Origin: a virus
Taxonomy: Duplodnaviria > Caudoviricetes
DNA: 56,497 nt
Virus record (IMG/VR): IMGVR_UViG_3300008267_005425
Coordinates: 1-56,497 of that record
Strand: one strand, 5' to 3'
The position numbers and the translations under genes were made by a program. The notes below the pieces were generated by a model. The model searched no databases. It was not told where the DNA came from and was given only the letters and a program-made list of their open reading frames with translations. Of the stretch, positions 46,253 through 56,067 are shown one piece after another (position 1 is the first letter of the stretch; every line of letters starts with the position of its first letter).

Positions 46253-48163
46253 TTACCCGTAGTATTTGTTTGCGCTTGCGTTGAATAGGTTACCTCCGTT
46301 ATCCGTCAACATTGCAAAGTCGATTGAGATATCTGCAATCATAGGATGTCCTGTTCCGATATCCCAAGTATATTCTGCTGGGTTTGTATCAATCTTTAGA
46401 GATGTGCATACGCATGTTACGTTTTTAAACAAGCCACCAACTGTCAACTTTACTATAGGTCCTTTCGTATAAGGTCCTGATGGAGTACCGACTGAAGTTG
46501 CTTTAATTAGAGAATCAAGTTTTGCCCACATACCACTTGCTCCACCGCTCCAAGCCACTACCTTAAAGCCCATGCTAACACTTCTAGTTACACCTTTAAA
46601 GTTTTTAAAGGTATCTTGACGACCAACAAAGTTTTGATCATTCCAACTTGGACTCCAGCTATCACTTAGTGATGTTAATAGTGCTGGGAAAGATATGCCA
46701 CTAATAGATAATGGAATAAATCCTGCTGCTGTGTAGTCCGGTTTTCTTTGTGCTCCCGAATCTCTAAAGTTTCCTCGTGACTTTATTCCACCAGTTCTTG
46801 ATGACGGACTTACGTTTCCAGTTGGTGCTTTACCTTGCCGCTTACCTGCTCTATCGTATTGAAAACCTCTTATTGTTTTTAATAACTCTTCGGGAGTTGG
46901 GAATGGTTCTGCTGGTGGTCGATTTGTTTCGAAATAGTTTTCACCTTGAGCTGACTCAAGCGTTTGACCGTCAAAGCTTCTATTCTGGAAATCTTTTGTT
47001 GGGAGTATCTGACTACTCTCTGTTCCGTCAGGACTAATCCCTTGCAGCTGTTGAATTATCTGTACAAATAAATCGTCACCAAATCCAGTTCGCTGGATTG
47101 TAAGAGTACCTTGATTGAATACTAACTGACCAAAATCCTGTCTCTGCAGAAATGCACTACCATGTTTAACTCTTGGTAGTAGAATCGACAAAGCACGATC
47201 TCCTGCATACTCCGCTTTGCTAGGTTCTTGTGTAGGTTTTGGTACAGCGGCTGGTTTTGTTATGCTAATAACACTAACAGACTTTCCTGCATTATCAATG
47301 ATAATTCCTTGCATTAAGGTTATCACATTTGGCGATATAGATGCAAAAGCTTTTTGTCCTCCTTGAGCAACTACCTCAACTGGATCTTCTAAATTTGTTT
47401 GAGATATAAACTGACCGTTTGTGAAGAAGGTTCCTTGAAGGGTCAAGATTGTTGATTGCGGGGAAACATCTTCTACTTGTATCTGCGAGATGAACGCTCC
47501 GTTTGTAAAGAATGTTCCTTGCAGTGTTAGTACATTTTCTCTTGGTGTTTTTGTATCAACTAACGATATAAACTGACCGTTAGTTAGCTTTACTCCTTGT
47601 AGTATTATTGGATCAAATTCGTAAGGCACGATGTCCTGACCATCTCTATTTGGTTTAAACAAAAATTGATTAACCTCTGTAATGCTGCTGTGGTTAAATA
47701 CTCCAAATCTTGTTATCTGGATGTAGTCTGTGTAGAAGTCAGATAGAAAAAAGTGCGGTAAGTGTCTTGTCGATTTCACTACATTAGACTGCGCTAACCT
47801 ATCTTCTAGCTTTATGATATTTGCAAAGCTTTCGTTTGATTTTGGAAGTATGAAGGACACTAGCGGTTTGGTCGCAAATGCATTTGGCACTTGCAACTTC
47901 TGCTTTGGACGAGCTGATCGAACGAGTTTTAATAGCTCAGCGTTGCGCTTTCTTGCGTCAGGAAGTTTTTTTAATTCAACTATGGTAGCAGGCTTTGATG
48001 GTAGTGTCAGTTTTAAACCCTCTGTCTGTGTATCTTTTGGGGGAAAAGGTAGATCGTTTCCTCCTGGACTTCCAGGTTCAGCCTTTCCTCTAAGCTCAGA
48101 CACATCACTGTATGTACTAGCCTTTAATCTATCAACCAGACTTATAGTTTTGAATGGCTTCAT
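46253..48163 (-). CDS. Tail tube initiator / baseplate protein with internal repeats
   Basis: Follows the tape measure; C-terminal tube-like domain FPALLTSLSDSWSPSW...GR...R.VS.GF...LTVG; repeats of TLQGTFFTNGxFISQ. Confidence 0.65.
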   Translation of the reverse strand: MKPFKTISLVDRLKASTYSDVSELRGKAEPGSPGGNDLPFPPKDTQTEGLKLTLPSKPATIVELKKLPDARKRNAELLKLVRSARPKQKLQVPNAFATKPLVSFILPKSNESFANIIKLEDRLAQSNVVKSTRHLPHFFLSDFYTDYIQITRFGVFNHSSITEVNQFLFKPNRDGQDIVPYEFDPIILQGVKLTNGQFISLVDTKTPRENVLTLQGTFFTNGAFISQIQVEDVSPQSTILTLQGTFFTNGQFISQTNLEDPVEVVAQGGQKAFASISPNVITLMQGIIIDNAGKSVSVISITKPAAVPKPTQEPSKAEYAGDRALSILLPRVKHGSAFLQRQDFGQLVFNQGTLTIQRTGFGDDLFVQIIQQLQGISPDGTESSQILPTKDFQNRSFDGQTLESAQGENYFETNRPPAEPFPTPEELLKTIRGFQYDRAGKRQGKAPTGNVSPSSRTGGIKSRGNFRDSGAQRKPDYTAAGFIPLSISGISFPALLTSLSDSWSPSWNDQNFVGRQDTFKNFKGVTRSVSMGFKVVAWSGGASGMWAKLDSLIKATSVGTPSGPYTKGPIVKLTVGGLFKNVTCVCTSLKIDTNPAEYTWDIGTGHPMIADISIDFAMLTDNGGNLFNASANKYYG

Positions 48164-48164
48164 A

Positions 48165-51035
48165 TTATCTTACGTTTGATGTGTTTAAACCTAAACGAAT
48201 TACTTCGCCAACCTTTTTACCATCCATCTTAACTTCACCACCTTTAGATGCAACTGCAATAAGCTGATCCATTTTTGCAATCAACTTATCCATCTTATCA
48301 TCCTTGCTCTCTTTCTCTTCACCGCCACCGCCAAACATACCTCCCAAAGAAGCTAAAGCTGGAGCTACTGCTGCCAATGCAGTTAGTGCTCCGAGTATTG
48401 GTAATGCTGCAAATCCGGCCAAAGCTATTCCTCCTAATCCTGCTGCCATTCCAGCCAATGCTCCTGCTACAGCTAACAATCCTGGTGCTGAGGCAGCGAT
48501 CATCATAAACGCCTCTCCGAGCATACTCAAACCTCCCGACTGAGCTAACTCGTTTAGAGCTAAAGTTGCTGGTAGCATTAAAGTTAATGCAAATGCTGCA
48601 AACATTAATCCTGGAGCTGCTACCCAAGATGCTATTCCCAGTGCGATCATTCCATAACCCATCAACGCTAACCCTGCTCCTAAAGCTACTATGTCCATTG
48701 CCATTGGTGCTAGTGATACTAGAACCGGTCCTACGATTTCAAATCCTTTTGCTATTTCTTGAATTGCTTTTCCTAATACCCACAAAGCTGCAGCCATGAT
48801 CAGCATTGCGGCTGCTCCTGCTAGAATCGCTAATGCCCCAACACCACTCATCATTATAGCTCCAACGAGCGCTAATGCTCCAACCAAAGCTAACATTGCT
48901 ACGATTGCCATACCAATAGCTTCCCACGATACCGAACCAAACTCTTGTGCTGCTTTTGCAAATACAAATACAGCTGCTGCTACTAATATCAATGCGGCTG
49001 CTCCTGCAAGTAGTTTTCCTGGATTGATTTTCTCGATTGCTTTTGTTAATCCACCCGTACTCTTACCTGCTCCTGCTGGAACCTTTGAGGCTGCTCCTGC
49101 TGCTCCAGACATAGCCTCTGCTCCCTTTGATGCCACTCCAGCTGCTGCTCCGGCTGCACCACCCCCCAATGCGGCTGCGCCTTTTTTCCAAGCGAAGTGC
49201 GCTTTCTCTAACGCCCACTGAGCTTTTTCCTTAATCCACATTCCCATTTTAGTTTGACCTATAGTATTTTCTAACAATAAGCGACCTTGTGTTATTCCGA
49301 GTCCTACTAATGCTAGTGCGTTTTTACCTTGCTCTAAAGCAAAATCCTTTATACTAGATAAAACTTTCATATTCATCAACCCAGTAATAGCCCACATGAT
49401 ACCTTGATAAACCAAAGCTGCTGCTATTTTTGCTTTTTCCCAAACGACACCTATCATTCTCAGTACGTTTTGACTGGATAGAATCTGAACACCTACCATT
49501 AGGAGTGTTGCGTTCTCTTTGAGAAACCCTGCTGCGGCGCCTCCATACTGCATCATATATCCTAATGCACTCATTCCCATACTAGAGCCTTCGCCAAAGT
49601 ATTTGTTGGACTCCTCTTGAGCATCGATCGATTTCTGCAACTCTTCTACAGTCATTCCAGTAGCCTCTGCTAGTGCCTTTTTCTGGAGTACGTTCATTTT
49701 TTCAAACTCTGCGGCTCCTCCTACATTTTTAAGTACTTCTGAAGTTGCTGTTTCTAAATCTCCATTTAACGCTGCCTCCCTAGCTTTGTCTAGGTTTATT
49801 TCTTTACCAAGCAAAACAGACGCTTCCATCTGCTTGTTGATGCTATTTTCAAAATCCAGTAAGCCATCAGCCATTTTAGCTGCTGTGGCTATCTCAACTC
49901 CCATTTTGTGGAGTTCAATTGCAGCCTTTCCAAATCCTTTAGCACCATCCTTACTATACAAAGCCATGGCTCCGGCATTCTTTGCCATGTCCTTCATTAT
50001 CTTTCCAGGTGCAACTCCTTGCATTTTGGCCATGTCACCAACAGCCTGCATAGTGTTAGCTGCTGTCTCTGAGGTCTCTCCTGGCATCTGAGACAGTTGT
50101 GCGTTTAGTTGAGCTGCCTCTTCTCCTGAGATTCCAAAGGAAGTTGCCATTTTTCCTAACTGACTGACAGTGTCTTTGCTTAGTGCATTTACGTTACCAT
50201 ACTCACTAACAATACCCTTCATAACACCTTGAGTATCGGAAAGTCCTAACCACCAATCCATACTCGCTATGTCCATTTGTTTGAACGTCCCTTCCATCGC
50301 CTGACCTGCGGATAAACCCATCTCGTGCATTTCATGGAAGGTATGATGCATCTTTTCAAGACCCTTCACTCCTTCATTAAATGCAAAAAATGCTAATGTT
50401 TTTGGATCGGTGGCTATGGCCTTAGCTGTGGCATTAACCTTATCAAAGCTCTTTTTCCATGATTCAGTTTCCTCTCGTATCTCGACAATCTGAGCTGCGA
50501 TCGCTTCGTTTAGTGCTAAGTTTTCATCAAGATGCTTTTGCATTTTTTCTTGAAGCTTCAGTTCTTGAAGGTGGGTTTCATACTCTTCTTTTGAAAGAAG
50601 ACCTTTTTCTACCATTAAACTATATTCAGCTGCTTGGGATGCGTAGATACCCGTAAGCCCTGTTGCTCGAGCTACCTCTAACTTATACAAGCTGCCAACC
50701 GCCTGCTCCATGTCAGATGCGATGTCAAACGCATTTTGGTTGATGTTTGATATTCGCTCGCCAGCTGCCGCTATCTCCTCTTGAGTAGCATTTGTTGATT
50801 GCAGGTTTGCCTTAATCTTTTCTACTAGTGAGTTTGAGCTTTGGTAAGTTTTTTCAATATTCTTAGCTAAGGTTCCGGATAGTTGCATCTCCTTAGACAT
50901 TTTATTAAACCCTGCGGTCATAGAATTTACATCTATAACCATAGCGCTGAGTGTAGGCTTGTTCTTGGTAATTTCCGCGAACAACTCCTTTATTGCATCT
51001 CTAGCGTCTTGTGAGTTTTGTCCTAAATCTTGCAT
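48165..51035 (-). CDS. Tail tape measure protein
   Basis: Long helical Ala/Gly-rich protein with LLDFE.SI...MEAS.LLGK.INL.KAR and hydrophobic repeats; downstream of the tube and chaperone genes. Confidence 0.88.
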   Translation of the reverse strand: MQDLGQNSQDARDAIKELFAEITKNKPTLSAMVIDVNSMTAGFNKMSKEMQLSGTLAKNIEKTYQSSNSLVEKIKANLQSTNATQEEIAAAGERISNINQNAFDIASDMEQAVGSLYKLEVARATGLTGIYASQAAEYSLMVEKGLLSKEEYETHLQELKLQEKMQKHLDENLALNEAIAAQIVEIREETESWKKSFDKVNATAKAIATDPKTLAFFAFNEGVKGLEKMHHTFHEMHEMGLSAGQAMEGTFKQMDIASMDWWLGLSDTQGVMKGIVSEYGNVNALSKDTVSQLGKMATSFGISGEEAAQLNAQLSQMPGETSETAANTMQAVGDMAKMQGVAPGKIMKDMAKNAGAMALYSKDGAKGFGKAAIELHKMGVEIATAAKMADGLLDFENSINKQMEASVLLGKEINLDKAREAALNGDLETATSEVLKNVGGAAEFEKMNVLQKKALAEATGMTVEELQKSIDAQEESNKYFGEGSSMGMSALGYMMQYGGAAAGFLKENATLLMVGVQILSSQNVLRMIGVVWEKAKIAAALVYQGIMWAITGLMNMKVLSSIKDFALEQGKNALALVGLGITQGRLLLENTIGQTKMGMWIKEKAQWALEKAHFAWKKGAAALGGGAAGAAAGVASKGAEAMSGAAGAASKVPAGAGKSTGGLTKAIEKINPGKLLAGAAALILVAAAVFVFAKAAQEFGSVSWEAIGMAIVAMLALVGALALVGAIMMSGVGALAILAGAAAMLIMAAALWVLGKAIQEIAKGFEIVGPVLVSLAPMAMDIVALGAGLALMGYGMIALGIASWVAAPGLMFAAFALTLMLPATLALNELAQSGGLSMLGEAFMMIAASAPGLLAVAGALAGMAAGLGGIALAGFAALPILGALTALAAVAPALASLGGMFGGGGEEKESKDDKMDKLIAKMDQLIAVASKGGEVKMDGKKVGEVIRLGLNTSNVR

Positions 51036-51044
51036 TTACTTTTA

Positions 51045-51539
51045 TTAAAATCTACCAGCACCTCGTGCTCTAAGTTGTCCGGATGCTAGTGCTTTAAGAA
51101 AGCTAGTATCTTTCTGCATTAGCGAGTATATTTTGTTTTCAAAATCTCTTCCACTTAGTCCTGCCTCTCTTGCCATGCGTTGAAGTTTAGCGTCGTTCTT
51201 CATTGCACTTTGTAGATAACCAGCTCGTCTATCCAGTATTCCGTGCACGTAGTTTCTTGCTCCACCTGCTAACCAATCAAAGAAAGTTTCTTTTAATACT
51301 TCATCTTGTTGTTCGGAATTATCATCCCTTTTGTCTTTTAGATCTTTAGCTAAATCCTTAAACGCATCACTCTGAGTTGCTGCTGCTATTTGATAGTCTT
51401 TTTTGTCATTAGTTGCTGCATCAAGAGCTGATGCGATCTTGTCTACAATCCAATTAGCGTCCGCTTGTTTGTTCTCTTTTCGAAGCTTTTGAGCATAATT
51501 GCGAATTGCTTCACGAAGTCTTTTATTGTCGGATTTCAT
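51045..51539 (-). CDS. Hypothetical protein
   Basis: ORF preceded by TATTTATA (51553-51560). Confidence 0.72.
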   Translation of the reverse strand: MKSDNKRLREAIRNYAQKLRKENKQADANWIVDKIASALDAATNDKKDYQIAAATQSDAFKDLAKDLKDKRDDNSEQQDEVLKETFFDWLAGGARNYVHGILDRRAGYLQSAMKNDAKLQRMAREAGLSGRDFENKIYSLMQKDTSFLKALASGQLRARGAGRF

Positions 51540-51571
51540 GTATTCAGTTTAATATAAATATCAACACAAAG

Positions 51572-51595
51572 GAAAAGCCAACGCTTGGTTGGCTT
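51572..51595 (-). terminator. Intrinsic terminator
   Basis: AAGCCAAC-caagc-GTTGGCTT followed by a T-rich tail. Confidence 0.7.
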
Positions 51596-51810
51596 ATCTT
51601 CTTGACTGTGATTTTATCTTATTCACTTCAGCTTGTTGTGATTCATTTTCTTTCTTACGAAGATCTGCTAGTTTTAGATAGAAGTATCTCCGCAAGTGTA
51701 CGGGTAGGTTGTACAGCTCTGTGTAAGTCCATCCCATTTTTCCGTAATACATCAGATCAAAGATCTGATCTTGCATCATGGGCCTGTAATCAGACCCCAG
51801 GCCAAAAAAA
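51594..51810 (-). CDS. Tail chaperone extension ORF, probably expressed by frameshift from the upstream gene
   Basis: The +1 frame at the T7 run reads FFGLGSDYRPMMQDQIFDLMYYGKMGWTYTELYNLP..LRR. Confidence 0.7.
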
Positions 51811-52671
51811 GTTCACATTGATGGGCATAGCCATCTTTTCAACCTCATGCTGACAGTGTGGACATTCAAAAGAGAATGTTGTGTCGATATCTGGTGTTGC
51901 TTCTTTCAAGTACGATCTCAACGCCAAGCTATCTCGAGACAGCATATTATCTACTGACTTGTTGATGAATGCACGATCTTCGTTTCCATCTATAGCAACA
52001 ATAAGGTGTTTTAATCGAGTACTTAGTTCTGGATCAACTCCTGAGATCTTACTCAACTTCTTGTATCCTTTGATTGCCTCTTCAATTTTCTTCTCATCTC
52101 CATGCGTTAAAAACTTGAGAGATAGTTTGTTTTTAGAAATAGGTAGCTCAAAGTTGTGAGTAGTTTGACCTGGAGTGTATCGATCCCAGTCAATTTCTTT
52201 TGCAGCAAAGTCACCTAAGTCGATAACGTGTTTAGACTTTTCTCCACAACTTGGACAAGTGACCTCCACATCGTAATCACTACCATAAGCTAGGATTCGA
52301 GCTGCGATAAAGATTGCATTCTTATCAACTGTAAGTAGATCGTTGTAGTTGATCTTAGTAACAATTAATGACTGTAATAGTTTATCGATAACAACTCCTT
52401 GCTTAATTAAGTTCTGAGATGCTAGGATGTCTTCCTCCTTAGCTGTCATATACTTCATCTCAATCTTTCCACTAGATAGTGGATGTCCTTCTGGATAGAA
52501 GTATCCTTTAGATGGTAACTCGATTACCTCGGTAGGTACAATAGATGGAGTTGCAGAAACAGTTTCTACTGTTCCGGTGTTAAATGCTCCCTCTAAAAAT
52601 TTGGCTTTGATTTCTTCGTCAGTTAGTACCTGCTTTCCTTTTGGGTACTCATCGTTCACAACTTTGCTCAT
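51790..52671 (-). CDS. T4 gp26-like baseplate hub assembly / tail assembly chaperone
   Basis: LPSKG..Y, MTAKEEDIL, R..AYG, CPSC, CPHC, ends NFFWP. Confidence 0.82.
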   Translation of the reverse strand: MSKVVNDEYPKGKQVLTDEEIKAKFLEGAFNTGTVETVSATPSIVPTEVIELPSKGYFYPEGHPLSSGKIEMKYMTAKEEDILASQNLIKQGVVIDKLLQSLIVTKINYNDLLTVDKNAIFIAARILAYGSDYDVEVTCPSCGEKSKHVIDLGDFAAKEIDWDRYTPGQTTHNFELPISKNKLSLKFLTHGDEKKIEEAIKGYKKLSKISGVDPELSTRLKHLIVAIDGNEDRAFINKSVDNMLSRDSLALRSYLKEATPDIDTTFSFECPHCQHEVEKMAMPINVNFFWPGV

Positions 52672-52696
52672 AGATAGTGTTTATTAGTAACTTTCC

Positions 52697-52704
52697 TATA
52701 AATA
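52697..52704 (-). promoter_or_regulatory. Putative late promoter TATTTATA
   Basis: Repeated intergenic motif. Confidence 0.65.
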
Positions 52705-52716
52705 TGTCGCTAAAAT

Positions 52717-52745
52717 AAAAAAGTCCCGCTTTGTTAGCGAGACTC
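52717..52745 (-). terminator. Intrinsic terminator after the tail tube gene
   Basis: AGTCTCGCT-aacaa-AGCGGGACT-TTTTT. Confidence 0.85.
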
Positions 52746-52768
52746 TTTATCGTTATTAGTTTTTGATC

Positions 52769-53257
52769 TTAGTACTCTAATACACAGTAATCAACTCCTA
52801 GTGTTAAAGATACTTCAACTGGAGTTTCAGTTGACCAGTCCATATCACCGAATGTTGCTGTTTTGATGTAAGCTCCTTTAACTTTCCAGTTTTCGATCTT
52901 ATCACCAACCGGTCCTAGTACGAAGATGTCAAAATCTCTTTTGTAGAAATCTGCATATCCATCACGACCAGTTACTGACTCGTGAGCTACACGTACCCAC
53001 TCCATCACTGCTTGAGCTCCGGAAGGAACGATTGCGTCATACATTGTGATAGTAATATCATTCCACTTACATTTTCCTTTCATCTTACGGATAATGTTAA
53101 TGTGATCTAATACCACCTCACCACACTCAATACCTGGGCGAGACACTTTCTTACACAAGAAAGCTGGGATACCTTCTATCGATAGGATAAATCTATTCTG
53201 TACCTTAGGTTCGTAGGGTGTGTAGAATATCTCGTTATTTTCAATTAAATTTGCCAT
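52769..53257 (-). CDS. Tail tube protein (gp19-like)
   Basis: EPK.QNRF, RP, W.DITIT.YD, V.EW, GPVGD..E.W...GA; directly downstream of the sheath gene. Confidence 0.92.
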   Translation of the reverse strand: MANLIENNEIFYTPYEPKVQNRFILSIEGIPAFLCKKVSRPGIECGEVVLDHINIIRKMKGKCKWNDITITMYDAIVPSGAQAVMEWVRVAHESVTGRDGYADFYKRDFDIFVLGPVGDKIENWKVKGAYIKTATFGDMDWSTETPVEVSLTLGVDYCVLEY

Positions 53258-53276
53258 GTGTCTTTATTAATAAGTA

Positions 53277-55667
53277 TTAAGCGTTTTCAAAACTTGCTCC
53301 AGTAGGAAGAATGTTAAAGTCTAGTACGATAAATTCTGCTGCTTTTGCTGGTTGTAAGTAAATCTGTCCGTACATGATATTTCTATCGATGATGTCTGGT
53401 GTGTTGTTAGTTTCATCCATTACAACTCGGAAAGCAAACAATCCTTGACGAGCTTTTACAGTTTCCAAGTATGGTGTTACAATGTTCAAGAATCTCTGAC
53501 GTGTTGCAGTTGTGTTGTTCTCGAATACTAAATAACGGCTTGAAGATGCAATGAATTTCTTCAATGTGATCAACAATCGACGTACATTGATTCTATCTAG
53601 TGCAGAAGGCTTAGCTTGAAGTGTCTTCTGACCCCAGATACAAATTCCTTGTCCAGGGAATGTTGCTATTGCGTTTACTTTGTTTTCGTAAAGGTCGTTT
53701 CTTTGTGCTTGATTCAATCTCAACTCAACATCCACTGCTTCAGAGATACCTCCACGGTTTAGACCTGCTGGTGCAAACCACTCGTATGCTACTGAATCGT
53801 TAAATGCCATTACTCGAGGTACAACTACTGAAGGTGGTACCCATACTGGTTTGTTTTTGTCAGTATCGATGATTTTCACCCATGGCCAGTAAGTACCAGC
53901 GTAGTTAGTGTCAATTCCACTATCAGTTACAGCTGCTACTGCAGATGCTACTGAACCACCTTGAATCACTGGATCAGCGATTACAAAACAGTCACCTCTA
54001 TCTTCAGCAACTTCAATTGCTTTGTTTACGATAGCTGAGTGATCAGCAATTGTTGCTCCTGGTGTTACGATTAAGTTGATATCGTACTCATCAGCATTAC
54101 TGATTACGTTAAGTCCTTTTAGGTAAGCTTCACCACCAGCTGCTGTTGCAGAGCTACAGTTCATACCAAACAAGTTAGTTGCTGTGATTGCTGAGCCTAC
54201 TTTTTTAGGAACTGCTGGATCCATTCCGTCAAATCCACCTTGAAGTGGTACGTTGAATTTAAGAACATTTGCTACGTCTAGTCCTACAAACAAAGAAGCT
54301 GAGACACTTGAACCACCAATGAAAGTTGAATTGTCATTCACTTTAGTTGCATTAGGGTGTACAAAACACTGATCAAGGTTAAATCCTGTTCCTTTTTGTA
54401 CTGTACCTGCTGCTAGCGGTTGCAACCAGTTTGAGTTATCTGCTGTTGAGAAATCCCATCCGTAGTATGCCTTTTTGTTATATGCTCCGTTAATCTCTGG
54501 AGTTGTTGTCTCAAGAGTGTAAGAAGGAAAGCTGTAGCTTGAAGATACTGGTTGAACCAACGCTTCAAATCCGAATGGTTTTACGTTAGGGCTGATTGCT
54601 TTGTTCTTGATATCATCAACACACTCTACTCGAATGTATTTAGATACATTGTTGTAATCTCCTAATCTTGAAACCACTCCAGTATCGCTTACTGTGTATG
54701 AGCGATCACCAATTCGTCTAGCAATGTAGTTTGGTGAGTCTGGATCTAAATTAAGGTTTGAGTAAGACTCAAGTACAAGTGGACGTTGATCTGTATCGCT
54801 GTAGTCACGAACTAATAGAGTGAATGATCCGTAATCTGAACCTGGATCCGATCCTGGAAGTGTATTGTTAACAATGCTTATTTTGTAAGCTGTGTTTGTG
54901 TTTGTACCATCCGCAAGAGATACTATCTTGAATAGTTGCAATTTCTCGCCACCAATAAGCTGTGATGTGATATAAGGAGTTGCTGCTGGTGCATATTCTC
55001 CATACACTGAACTTGAATAGTTAACTAGAGCTGCTACAGATCCTGTTTCAAAAGTTACTGATCCCGATTGTCCTGATAGTGAAGTTAAGAAATCACCAAA
55101 CCAAGAATACAAGTATCCTTTCTTAGCTCCCTTAACCGACTGACCAAGTACATTAGCCATTGAGTTAGCGCTAGGTGGGTATAAAGATGCTGTTAGGTTT
55201 TGTGCAGACACACCTGATCCAGATAATGTGAATCCAAAAGATCCAGTTGCACTGCCTCCAAAAAATCCAGAAGATGTGAAGTCAGACTTGTCATACCCGT
55301 TTCCAGTTGAAAATCCAAGAGCAGTTGTTGGCATGATTACACCAACTAATCTTGTGTCAGATCCAGTCGTATGTAGGATGTGAACAGCTTTTGCACTATA
55401 CCCTCCTGCTTGAAGAACACGTACAACTGTTACCGTCGCTGCGCTATTTAGATAACTCTTAACTGCATAAGGTACATAAGTCTCCTCACTCAAGCCACCA
55501 AACTTTGCAATAAAGTCATCAAAGTTTTCAACTTGAGTAGGTACAAATGCAGGTCCTTTAGATGTAGGTCCTATGATTGCTGCTCCAATCGCTGCAATCC
55601 CTGCAGGTAAGAAAGATAGGTCTTTTTCATTTGTAAAAACACCTGGTGATACTATTCTTTCGGCCAT
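53277..55667 (-). CDS. Tail sheath protein (gp18-like)
   Basis: SPGVFTNEKD, GPT.KGP, WVPPS, WFAPAG.NRG, WGQKTL, LDRINVRRL, FE.N, P.KAAEFI. Confidence 0.97.
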   Translation of the reverse strand: MAERIVSPGVFTNEKDLSFLPAGIAAIGAAIIGPTSKGPAFVPTQVENFDDFIAKFGGLSEETYVPYAVKSYLNSAATVTVVRVLQAGGYSAKAVHILHTTGSDTRLVGVIMPTTALGFSTGNGYDKSDFTSSGFFGGSATGSFGFTLSGSGVSAQNLTASLYPPSANSMANVLGQSVKGAKKGYLYSWFGDFLTSLSGQSGSVTFETGSVAALVNYSSSVYGEYAPAATPYITSQLIGGEKLQLFKIVSLADGTNTNTAYKISIVNNTLPGSDPGSDYGSFTLLVRDYSDTDQRPLVLESYSNLNLDPDSPNYIARRIGDRSYTVSDTGVVSRLGDYNNVSKYIRVECVDDIKNKAISPNVKPFGFEALVQPVSSSYSFPSYTLETTTPEINGAYNKKAYYGWDFSTADNSNWLQPLAAGTVQKGTGFNLDQCFVHPNATKVNDNSTFIGGSSVSASLFVGLDVANVLKFNVPLQGGFDGMDPAVPKKVGSAITATNLFGMNCSSATAAGGEAYLKGLNVISNADEYDINLIVTPGATIADHSAIVNKAIEVAEDRGDCFVIADPVIQGGSVASAVAAVTDSGIDTNYAGTYWPWVKIIDTDKNKPVWVPPSVVVPRVMAFNDSVAYEWFAPAGLNRGGISEAVDVELRLNQAQRNDLYENKVNAIATFPGQGICIWGQKTLQAKPSALDRINVRRLLITLKKFIASSSRYLVFENNTTATRQRFLNIVTPYLETVKARQGLFAFRVVMDETNNTPDIIDRNIMYGQIYLQPAKAAEFIVLDFNILPTGASFENA

Positions 55668-55692
55668 TGTTGTAATTTGTTGTTAATTTTAC

Positions 55693-55700
55693 TATAAATA
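55693..55700 (-). promoter_or_regulatory. Putative late promoter TATTTATA upstream of the sheath gene
   Basis: Repeated intergenic motif. Confidence 0.68.
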
Positions 55701-55729
55701 TCACAACGTAACTCGAAACCTTTTTTTTG

Positions 55730-56002
55730 TTATGAATTTGGTGTAAATTCACCAGATTCTAAATCAAGAGAACCTTCACCGTATTTTGTATCCAATTCCA
55801 CTGCTAATGCTTTTTCTGCTTCGTTGGCTTCAAATATCTCTTGCTCGATTGAAGTCTCTTGAGCTTGTAATGTTTCTAAATACTCCTTGGCATTTTTCTG
55901 TGCTAACTTTAATTGCACTAGTTGAACACCTAGAGTGTTATACTTATCTTGTAGCTCCTTAATTCGAGCTATTTCTTCGGGGGTAAAAACTTTCTTTTCC
56001 AT
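55730..56002 (-). CDS. Coiled-coil hypothetical protein
   Basis: Ends KYGEGSLDLESGEF; TATTTATT upstream. Confidence 0.78.
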   Translation of the reverse strand: MEKKVFTPEEIARIKELQDKYNTLGVQLVQLKLAQKNAKEYLETLQAQETSIEQEIFEANEAEKALAVELDTKYGEGSLDLESGEFTPNS

Positions 56003-56067
56003 AACTTTCTTAAATAAATATGCTTTAAAAATTCAAAATAATCTCGATTAATTCTAACGTAGATACA

